Positions 27,791 to 41,167 of a DNA stretch of 64,000 nucleotides are shown here, in pieces. How positions within the stretch are numbered: the stretch's first letter is position 1; each line of letters starts with the position of its first letter. Source of the stretch: Chrysomallon squamiferum (lineage: Eukaryota; Animalia; Mollusca); the NCBI GenBank assembly GCA_012295275.1, contig CM022665.1:20956001-21020000 (forward strand). Direction: 5' to 3'. The position numbers and the translations under genes were made by a program. Below the pieces are notes generated by a model that worked only from the letters and a program-made list of their open reading frames with translations, searched no databases and was not told the origin of the DNA.

Positions 27791-30700
27791 CAGTATACTT
27801 ATATATGCAAGAACGGGAACTATCGTAATTGCCATACTTTATTATTAGCAAAGGTTATCAATGAAATTAGAATATATTTGCCACGTTTAAGTGCATTTCT
27901 TTTTTATTTGTCACTTTCAAAAGAAAGAAGTAAAACAGTGACTTGTAAGAACAGAAGTGTATTTACCATATTTATTAACACACTCATAAGAACATTTCAA
28001 AGTACGTAAAACAAAAATAACATTATTCTCACTTTTGCTTTTCTAAATATTCTGACATTTGGCGTCCATATTTCAGTTACAGACTGTTACATCTATTAGA
28101 TACTCGACAGAGAAAGGGTTAATAAATCAGAATGCACTCAAAGAGCGATAAGATCAAAGCGAGGCAAAGTTAAATATTTAAATACATTATATTTGTCACC
28201 TCTCGAGATAACGACGTCAGCATTATCTCCTTGGTTACACAAATACCACACCCATAGCCATCTCCATTACACGTTCGTCTGCTAAAACAACCTGTAACGT
28301 CCCTAGTTAATGTAGCTATCTAATCTAACCAATACCCCCATTAAAATTACCTGCACAGATAACTCGTGCTATTGTTAGCCAGCTTAAAACGTGTACCGAG
28401 ACCTCTTATCAAGGGAGACCATTACAATTAATTCCGTCATGGCGAGGTGCTGGCGGAAACTGACAACTTTTCATCACAAGATGGCGGCTGTTGTTAAGAT
28501 TACGATAGACTGGCACTGCGGTGGTGCTCCGCAGATCGTTTTGACGGAACGGTTTGTCGGTGCTTTGTCTAGCGCGGTAATTAGGCTTCGTAATGAATCA
28601 CGTACAAATGCGCGCGCCTCTCTCGTTCATTCTCGTCTGATCTTTTACCGTTACTCGCCCGAGTGCGTGTCAGGGTGTCTGATTTATTGCTGTGTTTCTA
28701 ATAAGACCCCGTATCTTGCTCGCTGCAGTAGCTAATCAGTTCGGGCCGGTGATAGCTGTAGTGGGAATGTGTGGTTTACGCTGGTCAGTCCCGGCCGAAA
28801 AACTTGTCCACATTTATCACTGTCAAAAATAATGTACTTGAGTAAACAACACTTCTACACCTATATTTATTATTTCTACACAAAGAAGTTATCTACAAAT
28901 GTGTTTCACTAAACTATATGGCACCTGGCATGGAAATAAGGAAGATCGTATGAATGAAAGAATCAACCAATTCATTAATTAGTAATTTAATCAATTCTAT
29001 AAATCGATGAATTAAATAAATAAATAATCACTATATATTTTTTAAAACTTTAAATACATTTTCCTTAATATAAATTATTAACCCTATTCACTGTTTCCCA
29101 TTCCAGATAATGTCGTGCTCCTGTACGTTTTTTTTTTTTTTTTTTTTTATTCATTTAAATATTTCTTATAAAGTGTGACCTCATACAAGACTTTTTTGAT
29201 GTTTGATCAGAAACCTCTCTCTAAAATTAAAGGCAATAACAACAAATAACAAGAAAATGAAACCCCTTTCAAAACCGTTCAATAAGTTCCCACGTTAAAT
29301 TTCCCAAACATAATTATCTAATTACATGTAGACTACCACCAACTGCTTCATAAATGGATTAACTCAAAAATGCCAAGAAAATATCCACGACATGACGTCA
29401 CATGAGTCTTAATTATGTCACATTGTAACTCTCCATTACTAACACCAGCTGGTATTTCACTTTATAAAAATTTAACTTGCATTTTACGTTTTTGAGAATG
29501 TCTTAGATAGATAACTCGTCTCTTGGTGAGTGATTCTAAATCAGATACGTATTCACAATCGCAATTCCAAATCTCTAACAAGTATGTTTATAAATCTTTG
29601 CCAAAAATAATTATGTCTTCTTCTTCCTCTTCTCATATTTCCTTCTTCTTTTTGTGTGTACGAAAAAATCGTCACATAAAAAACATTAACTCTGAATTAA
29701 TCATACAAGAAAATTCTGAACTATTTACCCACGAATGGAGTACTTTACAACATTTTATTCTACTTAACTTTCTCAGTAGCAGACATTTTGTTGATCACCG
29801 AACCTCGCGTGACGTCATTAAGCCTCGATTACTAATCGTTCCTTCCTGCTGACTGTTTTGCCATGATAACTGTAGACTCTGCCACTTTTATTGAGTTATT
29901 CGATTTGTCTGAATGAATGTTCCAGACAACGACTATTATTTTAACCTGATTAAAATAACCGTCAGATGAAATAACATTAATTACATCAGCAGAAATAATA
30001 TGTAAAGTGTGTCATCCAGTAACAAGAAAAAACATTATAGGAGAGACTAAACTTAATCCCTACAACATTTATGTGTCTGTCTATATGTCTGATTCTCTGC
30101 CTGTCTATATTAATCGATGATTATTGTTATTATTATTATTATTATTACCTTCTGATATTAACAAAACTATATTCTTCATGAGATAATTTGTAGTAGTAGT
30201 AGTAGTACTTGTAGTTGTACTAGTAACAGTACTAATATTACTATTATTAGTGTTGTTGTTCCTGTTGTTGTTATCGTCCTCCTTAAAATTAACGTAGTAG
30301 TTAGCTATTTACTTAACTAGAAAGAAAGAGACAGAAAGAGAAATGGAAAGAGAGAACTGCTACAAATTCAGATTTATGATAAGGTATAATCTTTATACAC
30401 ATGAAATATTCTTCTTCTGTTTTTTGTTTCTGAATTCTGTTTACTGTAAAATGAATAAAATAAAAAAAAAAGGTTATATTTTGGTGTATAAGAAGAATGC
30501 ACTTAACGGCTGGTGGACAGACCATGATGAGAAAGTTAGATTAAATCTGTTAGTGTTGAAATGTCTTTGATTAAACTCGCCTTTATCTGCAGACTCGCGA
30601 GATGGTGACGACCACTAAATACTATGTAGATAGGTATTTATATACATCCACAGATATGTACATATCCACATGCATTCGTTCGAAGACACATACATACGCA

Positions 30701-31410
30701 TCTATATTCCTAGTACAATAAATACACTTATACGTAAATAAATACGCATATACGAATATGAGTACACCTACAATTATAAAAAAAAAACAAAAAAAAACCC
30801 CAGTTATATCAGTTCATATAATTTACACATATATTCTGTTTCTGTTAAGTTAGTTTATACTACAAAATTTTACAAACAAAAAATGTCCAAAGATATTCTA
30901 AGATATTCCACTTGACCTATTTTCATCAAATTTAAAAAAAAAAGGGAAATTTTTTATTTTTTATTTTTGTGAAAAGATTTTCTCTATAATACGAACTTCT
31001 GTTTTAATATAAATTTTATTTTACCTGAAAAATGCTGTGAAGTTATTATATTATGACATTCGAGCGGCTTGGTAAGGCCAACGGATTTACAGCGACTAAA
31101 CCAATTTCTAAATACGTTCAGTTGTTAGCCTACATTTATCTACAGCACAAACATAATCCTTGTCCGATTTACTTATACTTTCAACGTCGAACGAGATACT
31201 TAAAAAGATAATGAAATATTGGCAACTCGTCTTTCCTACTCCGTTCTCTCTCTTTCACTCTATCTCCCTTCTCTCTTTCTCGGTCTCTGTCTGTCTCTGT
31301 CTGTCTCTGTCTGTCTCTCAAGCCATCTTCATGATCACTGTAAACAAATACCTACTCATTACTTGATAAATGAAGACGCAGATAACGAAAACAGTTCTAT
31401 TTTCTACTTT

Positions 31411-31447
<37 letters not shown>

Positions 31448-33585
31448 TGTCTGTCTGTCTGTGTTTACAACAATAAAGAGCTGACCGGCGAGCTAAACGA
31501 GGCTAGTAATTAATAAACACAAAACAGCACATCATTCACCTAGGAGACGAAACACTTCCAACCTGAAATATCGGTGACCCGTGAGATGGGGGGAGTCTAG
31601 TTTCCCACAATTCATTGCTTCTGTCCAGACGTCAGTTCACGCACGTCTTCATCGTGTCCGAAGTCACGCACCAACAATGTGATTGATTTAAAAATCACGA
31701 CATCAACGTCGCGTCTATCTAGAAATCTTCCTCAACAGTTTCGCGTGAAATGTAAATTTATCGTATTTCAAGAACTACACGGTTGTTAATGTAATTTTCT
31801 CTTCAAGATTTATTTATTTTCATTTCAAGAGATCTGGACTGTAGATAGATATATTGATTCGATTTATTTTTAGAAATATTTGAGACAAACTTGCAACGTC
31901 ATTAAAAGGATGTGTGTGTGTGTGTGTGTGTGTGTCATACTTACATACATACATACACATTCATACATACATACATAGACATACATACATACACACATAA
32001 TACACACACACTCACAAACATATACATTATTATATACGAATAAATAAACTTGATTTTGTTTAATGTATGTTATTATCAGTTATAGATATCTGAAGAAAAA
32101 ACTGATGATAATGATAATAATAATAATAATAATAACAACAACAACAACAACAACAACTACAACAATAATAATCATAAAATAATAGTATTGTTGATGATTA
32201 TGATGATAATAATAACAATAATTTTAAGGAATTTTGAAACTTAAAAAAGACCAAGTTTGTTGTACAGCAATGAAATAAGAACGAAATTATTTGCTATTAT
32301 ACGTAAAGTTATAATAGAAATGTTTTAAAACTCACTTTCTTTAATGTGGGAAAAAAGGTACTACACGGCTTTGGAGCAATGACCGGAACATGATACTACG
32401 GGAATGGGTAGGGTGAAAAGGATTGAAAGAATTTTTTTAAGGCGACTCGAGCGATTTTTTTCTATCAATAAAACGTCCAGACAATTTCGTGTAGGAGTTA
32501 GAAAAATGAAATATTTAGAGCGTGAACGGAACTTGACGTCATGGTGCTAAGACGTCGTCGGTGTGAGTGTGCGACCCCGTCGCCACTGTTGTTGTCACTA
32601 GACTCAGCAGAGGCGAGTGACATTCTGAAGTGACTAGAGAGAAATTTGCGTTTAATCGCTGCACGAGATGACACAGTGAGACCAGTTCATAGTTTGTTCA
32701 AACTGTCATCTCTTTCTGTAGTCACAAAAAGATAACTGCCATCGTCGTCGTCGTCGTTGCTGTTGTTGTTTTCGTTGAAGAGAAGATTTGTGTATTCATC
32801 TAAGATTGGATATATCGTAGCTGCTGAGACTGTGCAGTGACGAGGTGTCGCTGTCGTCGGTTGTTTTGTTACGTCAACACTGAAGGATGTTTCGGATTAG
32901 ACACGCAGCTAGTTAGACAGATACACGGAGTTAACTTTAATCTCGTTTCTAAACCTCTGCAGGATTGTCGAGAATGATTTGAACATCAACGACAGCAGCA
33001 GCATCAGCTTACTCACGACGTCTGCAAAGCAGGTACATGCATGTGTAGAGTGTTTGTTTTCATCTTAATGGTTTTGTTTTAGCTGTAGACGTTATTTTAG
33101 TCATGTTGTGTTTGTAAATCTTTGGCATGGTTCCATTTCGTTTTCTAGGACACTGTTTGTGTTTTCCTCTTCAAAGAATTCTGTGTTACACAGATTTAGT
33201 TAGCTTCATTAGTAAAATATTCCATTATATAACAGAACAAAAATATCTGTCACGTACAACTAAGAAACAAAAAAAAAAAAAAATTACGTTTCAAATAAAA
33301 ACACACAAATCGTTCTGCAATCAAATTTTCTAGAGTTATCAAGAAACAAACACGTTTGAGTTATGATTTTATGATCAAAGAAATCTGCTGCCATTGTATG
33401 AGTTACTCTTTTAGGAGATATCAGGAAGACAACATTCATAAACAATTACCAAGGCCAGGAATGTAAATAGTATTGAACTAAGCTTTGATTGGAATGGGAC
33501 CAATGGATAGGGAGAAAGAGATGAGAAGAGTGAGACACACAGAAAGAGAGAGAGGGAAAGAAAGATCGATTGAGTGATTGATATG

Positions 33586-33674
<89 letters not shown>

Positions 33675-33833
33675 TAGAGAGAAAAAGAAAGAGATAAATA
33701 AACAGATAGGAAGATCGACATATATATATATATACACACAGAAAGAGAGAGAAAAGAGAGAAAAGAGAAAGTGAGATACACACATAGAGAGATAAATAAA
33801 TAGATATACAGAGACACAGACAGACAGACAGAC

Positions 33834-33906
<73 letters not shown>

Positions 33907-33908
33907 AC

Positions 33909-33942
33909 AGGCTCTCAGTTTACAGTTGTTTTCAAAATATGT
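33909..33942. repeat. 34-bp dispersed repeat abutting a (GA)n tract, copy 2
   Basis: AGGCTCTCAGTTTACAGTTGTTTTCAAAATATGT, directly after (GACA)n(GA)n, as in copy 1. Confidence 0.7.
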
Positions 33943-34927
33943 GTTTTCAAATTGTAGTTATTACTGGAAAATCCTCATATATAACATGAAACATATTTTT
34001 TTTAAATATAAAAGTGTTTCTTTAAAAACTATGATGAAAACAACAAAAACAAAAGTATTATAATTATAATAAGAAGAAATTTCTAAACTACATCGATTTT
34101 GACCAGATTCTAAACTAAATCAAGTTTGACTAAATTCTTTATCTTCATGACTAATTTACTTTTAACCTGTGTGTCATGACCTGACCTAATTTGACGTAAC
34201 ATGACCTGACCTGATCTCAAAACTTTATAACAAGTGAAAAAAAAAAACCTCAAGATATTTAAATCCTTTTATGTGTGTTTTTTTTTCTCTGTATGGACAG
34301 TAAAAATCGACAGCTATGTTGCACTATGCTTACGGATTCTCCTCCTATAGTTTCCCATGCAGATGCGACATGCCTAAAACGCGGTCCCAAACTACACTTC
34401 TCCGCTCTCTATAAATACACAGATGCTCTACAATTTGGGGAGGGATCAACGGACGTGGGAACTATGGGAAGACAAACATACTGGATCCTCGATTTAATTC
34501 CTACGTAAATTCGAAAACACTGCTCGGCAGGTTTGATACAAAATCTTTTGACATTTGCATTCTTTATATCCTTGAGAAATGTAAGTTACACAAAAACACA
34601 ATCGGTAAGACCTCAACGCCGGACAGGTAAATGTAGGACACATAACAAAGAGTCACCTGTTACTCTTACCAACAATCCAGCGATTGTTTCCCGTTCCAAC
34701 AAGTACGCCAACGACTACAGTATTATTTTCGTCAGTGCAGATTTCCCAGTGTATGGGAAGATCTATATAAAAATTTTGGTAATAAGTAAGATGATGTTGA
34801 AGATCCAGTATTTTTAAAGAGTAATAAAACTTTTTCCACACCCGAAGTACCATAAAAGAGAAAGAACAAAACTGAAAAAAAAAAAAAAAAAAAAAAAAAA
34901 ATTAAATAAATAAATACGTAAATAGTA

Positions 34928-34972
<45 letters not shown>

Positions 34973-36225
34973 TTAACAACAACAGTAATAACAATAACAA
35001 TAATAATAATAACCATAATAATAACAACAATAGCAATAATAATAATAAAAACAATAACAATAACAACAACAACAGTAGTAATATATAAATATATAAATAA
35101 ATAAGAGTCCGTAAAACGTGCGGTGTTCAATGTATATTAGTAACTATAAAAAAAAAAAATCGCTTAGGCCGACACTTAAAATAAAATAATAGACTTTTTA
35201 AGGATATGTCTAATCATAATAAGGTAGGACCTGATTCTCACAACACCAGCCCCTCAATCCGCTCCTTAAATATGTATGTCAAGGAAATCAATAAGGTCAG
35301 TACCTGTTGAACGTCTCAAGATGAAACACAGATCAACATTTAACCTGATTAATTAAAAAAAAAAAAAAAAAAAAACAATTCGTGAAGGTGTTTTAAAAAC
35401 AAACAACGCAGGAATGAATATATTTGAATGAAATTATGTGAGGACTGCTTTGATGTTGCGTCGTCGGCCACGTCTTTGATGTCGTCGTTACAAAAGACGT
35501 ATTGTAAATGAAAAATGCACCAACAAGCAGCTTCATCGGCGACAACACGTGGTCTTTATGTTGCCATGTGTAAATAACTTAAATGTGTAAAAAGTTCTTT
35601 AAAAGTTATCTAATTTCGAAACGTAAGCCTCGCCGTGCAGGGGAATCCAGTCTCGATACTTCCATTACACACAGTCGTAAACAGGCCGGTCGTAAAAATA
35701 CAGATACCAACGGTTGACGATTTTCTCCTTTTCTTCTGCTCAGGTAAACAAATTCTTTGATGTGTTTCTACCTATTTTCCAATGGATTTGAGCGAAAGCT
35801 GTGAGGCTTGTTTCTGTATATTTTACAAATTATCCAGATCAGAAACACTGCCAGTAATTCCCTTATTGCTGGATTTTTCGTCTGTCATTTGCCTCTCTCT
35901 CTCTCTCTCGTGTTACACATAGAATTAATATCTTATCTCGGGACGCAGATTAGCAAGTCGCGAAGAATGTTTTCTAGTTATTTCTGTTTGTAATTTTTTT
36001 TATCCTTTTTATTCCGTACGTGAACTGAATTAATACTTCACAAAGTGAATATTTCATTTCTGGCTGAATCGTGTCTTGGTTACAATTCTGTAAAGAAATC
36101 ACAAATTGAGTCCACGACAGGCATGCATTAACAGTTGTTTGATTGAAGCTTATCAGGGATTAGTTATCCTATGGAGCGATTTTTCTTAATGTATGTGTTT
36201 TTATTTTATTTTATTTTATTTTATT

Positions 36226-36276
<51 letters not shown>

Positions 36277-38198
36277 TATTATATTATATTATATTATATT
36301 ATATTATATTATATTATATTATATTATATTATATTATATTATTCTGTTTTATTTTATTTTATTGTCATTATTTATACTTTTGGTGTCGAAAAGCATAATC
36401 AGTCCAAACTGACAGACATCTTTAAAAGTAAATATTTGTATCCACATCTTAATGTTGATTTTAAAAGTAAATTTACTGTTTTTTCACAAACCGATTTTAC
36501 TATACTCTTTTCGAATATGTTATAAATTGTATTTGTGGTATAATACTCACTTGACTTTTAACTAGTGTTTTAAATTTAAAGTTAAATTTGTTTCTAACGA
36601 ACTTTTTACAACTCACAGACTCACTTCAAAAAAATAAATAATAAATAGTCCGAATAACTGAGAGTTGTCCAAAATTATTTTTCCTTTTTACGTTTTGTGA
36701 ACGGGTTTATGTCCATTATACTATATTATTACATTACATTACATTACATTATATTATATTATATTATATTATATTATATTATGTTATATTATATTATATA
36801 TAATTATTTATAGTTCAACGATTAGTGTATTTTTATTTACTTATTTATTTATTTATTTATTTATTATTTATTTATTTTATTATTATTATTATTATTATTA
36901 TGTTGTTGTTGTTGTTGTTGTTGTTTTAAAGTAATATCTATATAAAATGTGTATCAGTTAACTGTATATTTCGTAGATTTTAAATCGAATTCTGTGCTCT
37001 CTCAGAATTAAGTTCAGACAAATATTAATTTTACTGTTTTCTTTTATCTCTTATTGTTTTAGACGTATTTTAATTTGCGTTGTTATTGTACTTACCGTAA
37101 TTCATCCCTTTTGTTTTTTTGTAATTATAAGTATACTTAAATGTTTCCAAATACTGAAAAAAACTAATAGTTGTAGCAGTCGTACTAGTAGTAGTAGAAA
37201 TAGTAGCAATGGTAGTAGCAGTAACAGCAACATTAACAGTAGTATTATAATAATAGTAGTACCAGTAGTAGTAGTAATACTAGTATTTGTAGCAGTAATA
37301 ATAATAAATATAATGATAATGGTGATGACAAATTTGATTGTGAAAGCTGTTATCAACAAAAATCAGATTTTTTATTACTACTACTCTTACTAATATTTTA
37401 ATTATTTATCAATACAAAACAAAATTATTATAATAATAATTATTATTCATTAGTAGTGGCAGCAGTAGGAGTAGTAGTAGTAGTAGTAGTAGTAGCAGTA
37501 GCAGCAGCAGTAGCAGTAGTAGTAGTAGTAGTAGTAGGAAGAGGAGGAGGTGCAGTAACACACTAAAAAGAAAATTGTTTCTATTATTCAGAGTTTTACT
37601 AAAATTAAAGTTTTTCTATAAATAAAGATTTTTGTTAGTGTTTTCTTTCCTCTATATATTTATTACATTATACACAATGTTAAAAAAAGATTTTTCTCTG
37701 TTTTACATTGTTAATAGATTACAAAAAACAGTAAGTGGGAAATACAGGAATTCACATTATAAATATACTGTAAAACCTTTTACAGACGTGTCATTTTTAA
37801 TTTATCAGGTTAAGTGAAATAATGTATATTTGTCTGTTACAAAGAACGCACGAAAATCGAGTTAAACTAATAATTAGAAAAAGAAAAGAAAAATAAATAA
37901 ATAAATAAATAAATAAACAAATAATTTTTGTATAATACTTTTTTGTAAACATTAATGAATATATATTTTATAAGTGTATAGCAAAAAAAATTTAAAAAAA
38001 AATATATAAAGATGAAGAAAAAAGAAGAAAATTATTTTTTCTTTTTCTTCTTTTCTGTCTTTTTATTTATTTATTATTGTTTTTGTATTTTGGGGGTTTT
38101 TTGTTTTCATTTTTATTATTATTATTTATTTATGTGTTTATTTGTTTCTTTCTTTCCTTATTATTTTTTTATTTATTATCATCATCATCATTAGTATC

Positions 38199-38246
<48 letters not shown>

Positions 38247-38379
38247 TAATTAATTAATTTATTTATTTGTTTGTTTGTTTGTTTATTTAGATTTTATTTT
38301 TGTTTTTATTTTTATTCTATTTTTTCTCCTTCGTTATTCTGGGAATAATTTTCTTTTTGTCTATTTTTCTTCTTTTTTT

Positions 38380-38412
<33 letters not shown>

Positions 38413-38744
38413 CTTTTATCTATATCAAATTCTTTACATTTCGCGTCATTTTCTGTTCCCATTTTATTTTTATTATCCTTTATCTGCATTTCATCTTTTT
38501 TTCTTCTGGTAAATCTTTTTTTGTTTGTTTGTTTTCTCTAACAATTCTAATATCGACTGGTTGATTGTGTACAGGAAATTTATCTTTTTTCGTTTTGTTT
38601 TTTTAATTCTTTTTTTTTTTCAAATAAAAATTGATTTGAATCCGAATGTTTTTAATTGCACAAATGTTTAATATCATTTTTATTATTAACTGTGTATCGT
38701 GTTTTGTATTTAAAAATGTTTTTAATTACTGTTTCTCTACAGTT

Positions 38745-39200
38745 CTGTTGGTAATTGTTTATTTGTAATATGTGTGTGTATTTATGTTGTATATGTAATA
38801 ATTAATAAACGTTTATTTGTATCTTTGTTTTTGTAATTGTATATTTATAATTGTGTAGTAAAATTGTAATTGTATATTTGTAATTTTATAGTAAAATTGT
38901 AATAACCTGTTTATAATTGCAAAACTTTTTGTCTGTTTGTTTGTAAGTCTCTCTTTGTAATTGTGTTTCTACTTTCTATTTGTAATTGTATTTTTGTTGA
39001 TATCTACTTAGTTATCTTTTTACAACACTGTTTGTAATTCTGTATTTAGCATTCTGTTTTTGTATCTGTCTATTTACAACTGTTTGTATTTGTAATTCTG
39101 TAATTACCATTCTGTTTTTGTAACTGTCTATTTACAACTGTTTGTATTTGTAATTGTCTATGTACAGCTGTGTGTTTGTAACTGCCCATTTGTAATTATG
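38745..39200. repeat. degenerate TTGTAATTGT-based satellite with an internal ~59-bp near-exact duplication
   Basis: TTTGTAATT recurs throughout; CATTCTGTTTTTGTA.CTGTCTATTTACAACTGTTTGTATTTGTAATT is present twice, near 39050 and 39108. Confidence 0.65.
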
Positions 39201-40673
39201 TGGCACTCACAACTCGCAGCCTTGACTTGCACAGGTCGCTAATGCCGGCTGACGTGTTGTAAACTGATCACAATGCTGTATAATTCTAAATTTAGAATAT
39301 TTCACATCCAAGCGCCATGTTTGTTTTAGCAATTTCTTTCTGTGGACTTTTTCTCTATAAATATGAATACAAACATTGAGAGACTGGCTGGACCGCCCAG
39401 ACTTTGGAAAACAAATCCAGTCTCATTTTTTATTTTTATTTTCTTCTGTATCCCTTCTTCTTCTTCGTCTTCTTCTTCTCTATCGAAAATCTTTTCAAGC
39501 ACAAAAATAAAACGGCTTTGAACTTATGGTGTGCGTGATCGTTTCCAATAGATCGACAAAGCGCACCAGTCAACGTTTACGCGCGAAACGGAAGTGACGT
39601 AATAAAGAGCACAAGGTGCGCGCACATCTAACCAAATACACCTGAACGCTTTCCTGTTCTGTCCTCCACGGAGTTCCATTGATTTAGCGGTGCGCGCCGT
39701 TTGCTGTTTGTTTCCTACGAAGGACTTAAAAGGTGGCCGTAGCCGCGAGAAAACAACGAGGTCAATATTTAAAGATGACTTACGGTTGTCGGACAAATAG
39801 TCAGCGGGAATATCAAAGAGCGGAGCTTGTGTTGTCGGTGTGAAGCGAGTTGCAGAACACACGCACAACAAACAGACGAACGGAATTATATCCGTGTATC
39901 CAGTTCATCCTTTGATCTCGTCACACAGATACAAATGGACATAACTTCTGAATAATTCTTGTTAATTTCTAACTCTCTAAGCAGGATGTGGAACAGTCGA
40001 TCCAGTGTGGTCTCTATTTTATAATTCACCTTACACCTTATACTACTACTACTACTGCTACTACTACTAGCATTGTTATAACTACTAATAATGATAGCTT
40101 TATTTTATTACTTCGTTTTCTACTAGTACTACAACTACTGCTACATTCGTTATTTTTACGCCAACTGTTACTACTACTCCTCCTTCAGCATTACAACTAC
40201 TAGGATTACTACTATTACGGCTACTAATGCCACAACTACCACTACATTATTTAACCAGCACTATTACTACTTCTACTCTAACATTACTACTGCTACTGCA
40301 ACAACAACTACAACAATTACTACTACTACGACTACTACTACAACTAATACTACCTCATCTACTTTAATATTATCTCTACTACTGTCATATTTATTACTAT
40401 TACTACTATTTTTTCTACTATTACTACTATTACATTATACTTCTACGAGTTCGACGATTATTTTTATTATTATTATTACTTCAGCTGCAGCAACTATAAC
40501 AGCTACTGCTATTTTTTATATTGTTGTACTTCTACTAATACTTCCACCACAATTATTATTACTAGTACCACACTAAACTCATGCACTATTACCATTCCAT
40601 CGGTTACTACTGGTACTACTAGTACTAGAATTGTTAAATCGTTTACAAGTATTGCTGCAACCATTGTTTCTGT

Positions 40674-40704
<31 letters not shown>

Positions 40705-41143
40705 ACTACTACTACTATATCTACTACTACTGCTACTACTGTACACAATTACCATTGCTACTACTACTACTACTGTTACTACTGTTACTATTATTACCAC
40801 CACCACCACTTCTACTAATACCTTTTTATTTTAGTAAAATATGTGGGTGGCAATAATCAACACTTGTTTTTTTTTTTTGTGTTTTTTTTTAAATTTTTGG
40901 TGTTTTTTTTTGGTTATAAATTTTTAAAATTATTTTATATGATTTTTTGGAACAACTTTCACGATTAAAGCATCATAATTATTATTGTTGTTGTTGTTGT
41001 CGTTGTTGTTATTGTTGTTGTTGTTGTTTTTGCTGTTATTATTATTGTTGTTGTTGTTATCGTTATTATTATTATTGTTATTGCTATTTTACTATTATTG
41101 TTGTTGTTGTTGTTATTATTATTATTATTATTATTACAGGCGT

Positions 41144-41167
41144 ATGTCGAAGATTTCCATTTTTCCG
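41144..41167 (+). CDS. vg: candidate alternative first coding exon of vg (MSKISIFP); full exon 41140-41167
   Basis: TTACAG acceptor ending at 41139, ATG at 41144, exactly 8 codons, then a consensus donor CCG|GTGAGT in phase 0, matching the exon 2 acceptor. No transcript evidence available. Confidence 0.45.

Noticed and set aside
28391-28735. 114-aa ORF in a GC-richer island; similar cases at 16040..16381, 42915..43307 and 63027..63407
   Set aside because: No recognisable motifs or flanking splice signals; better explained as non-coding regulatory islands.
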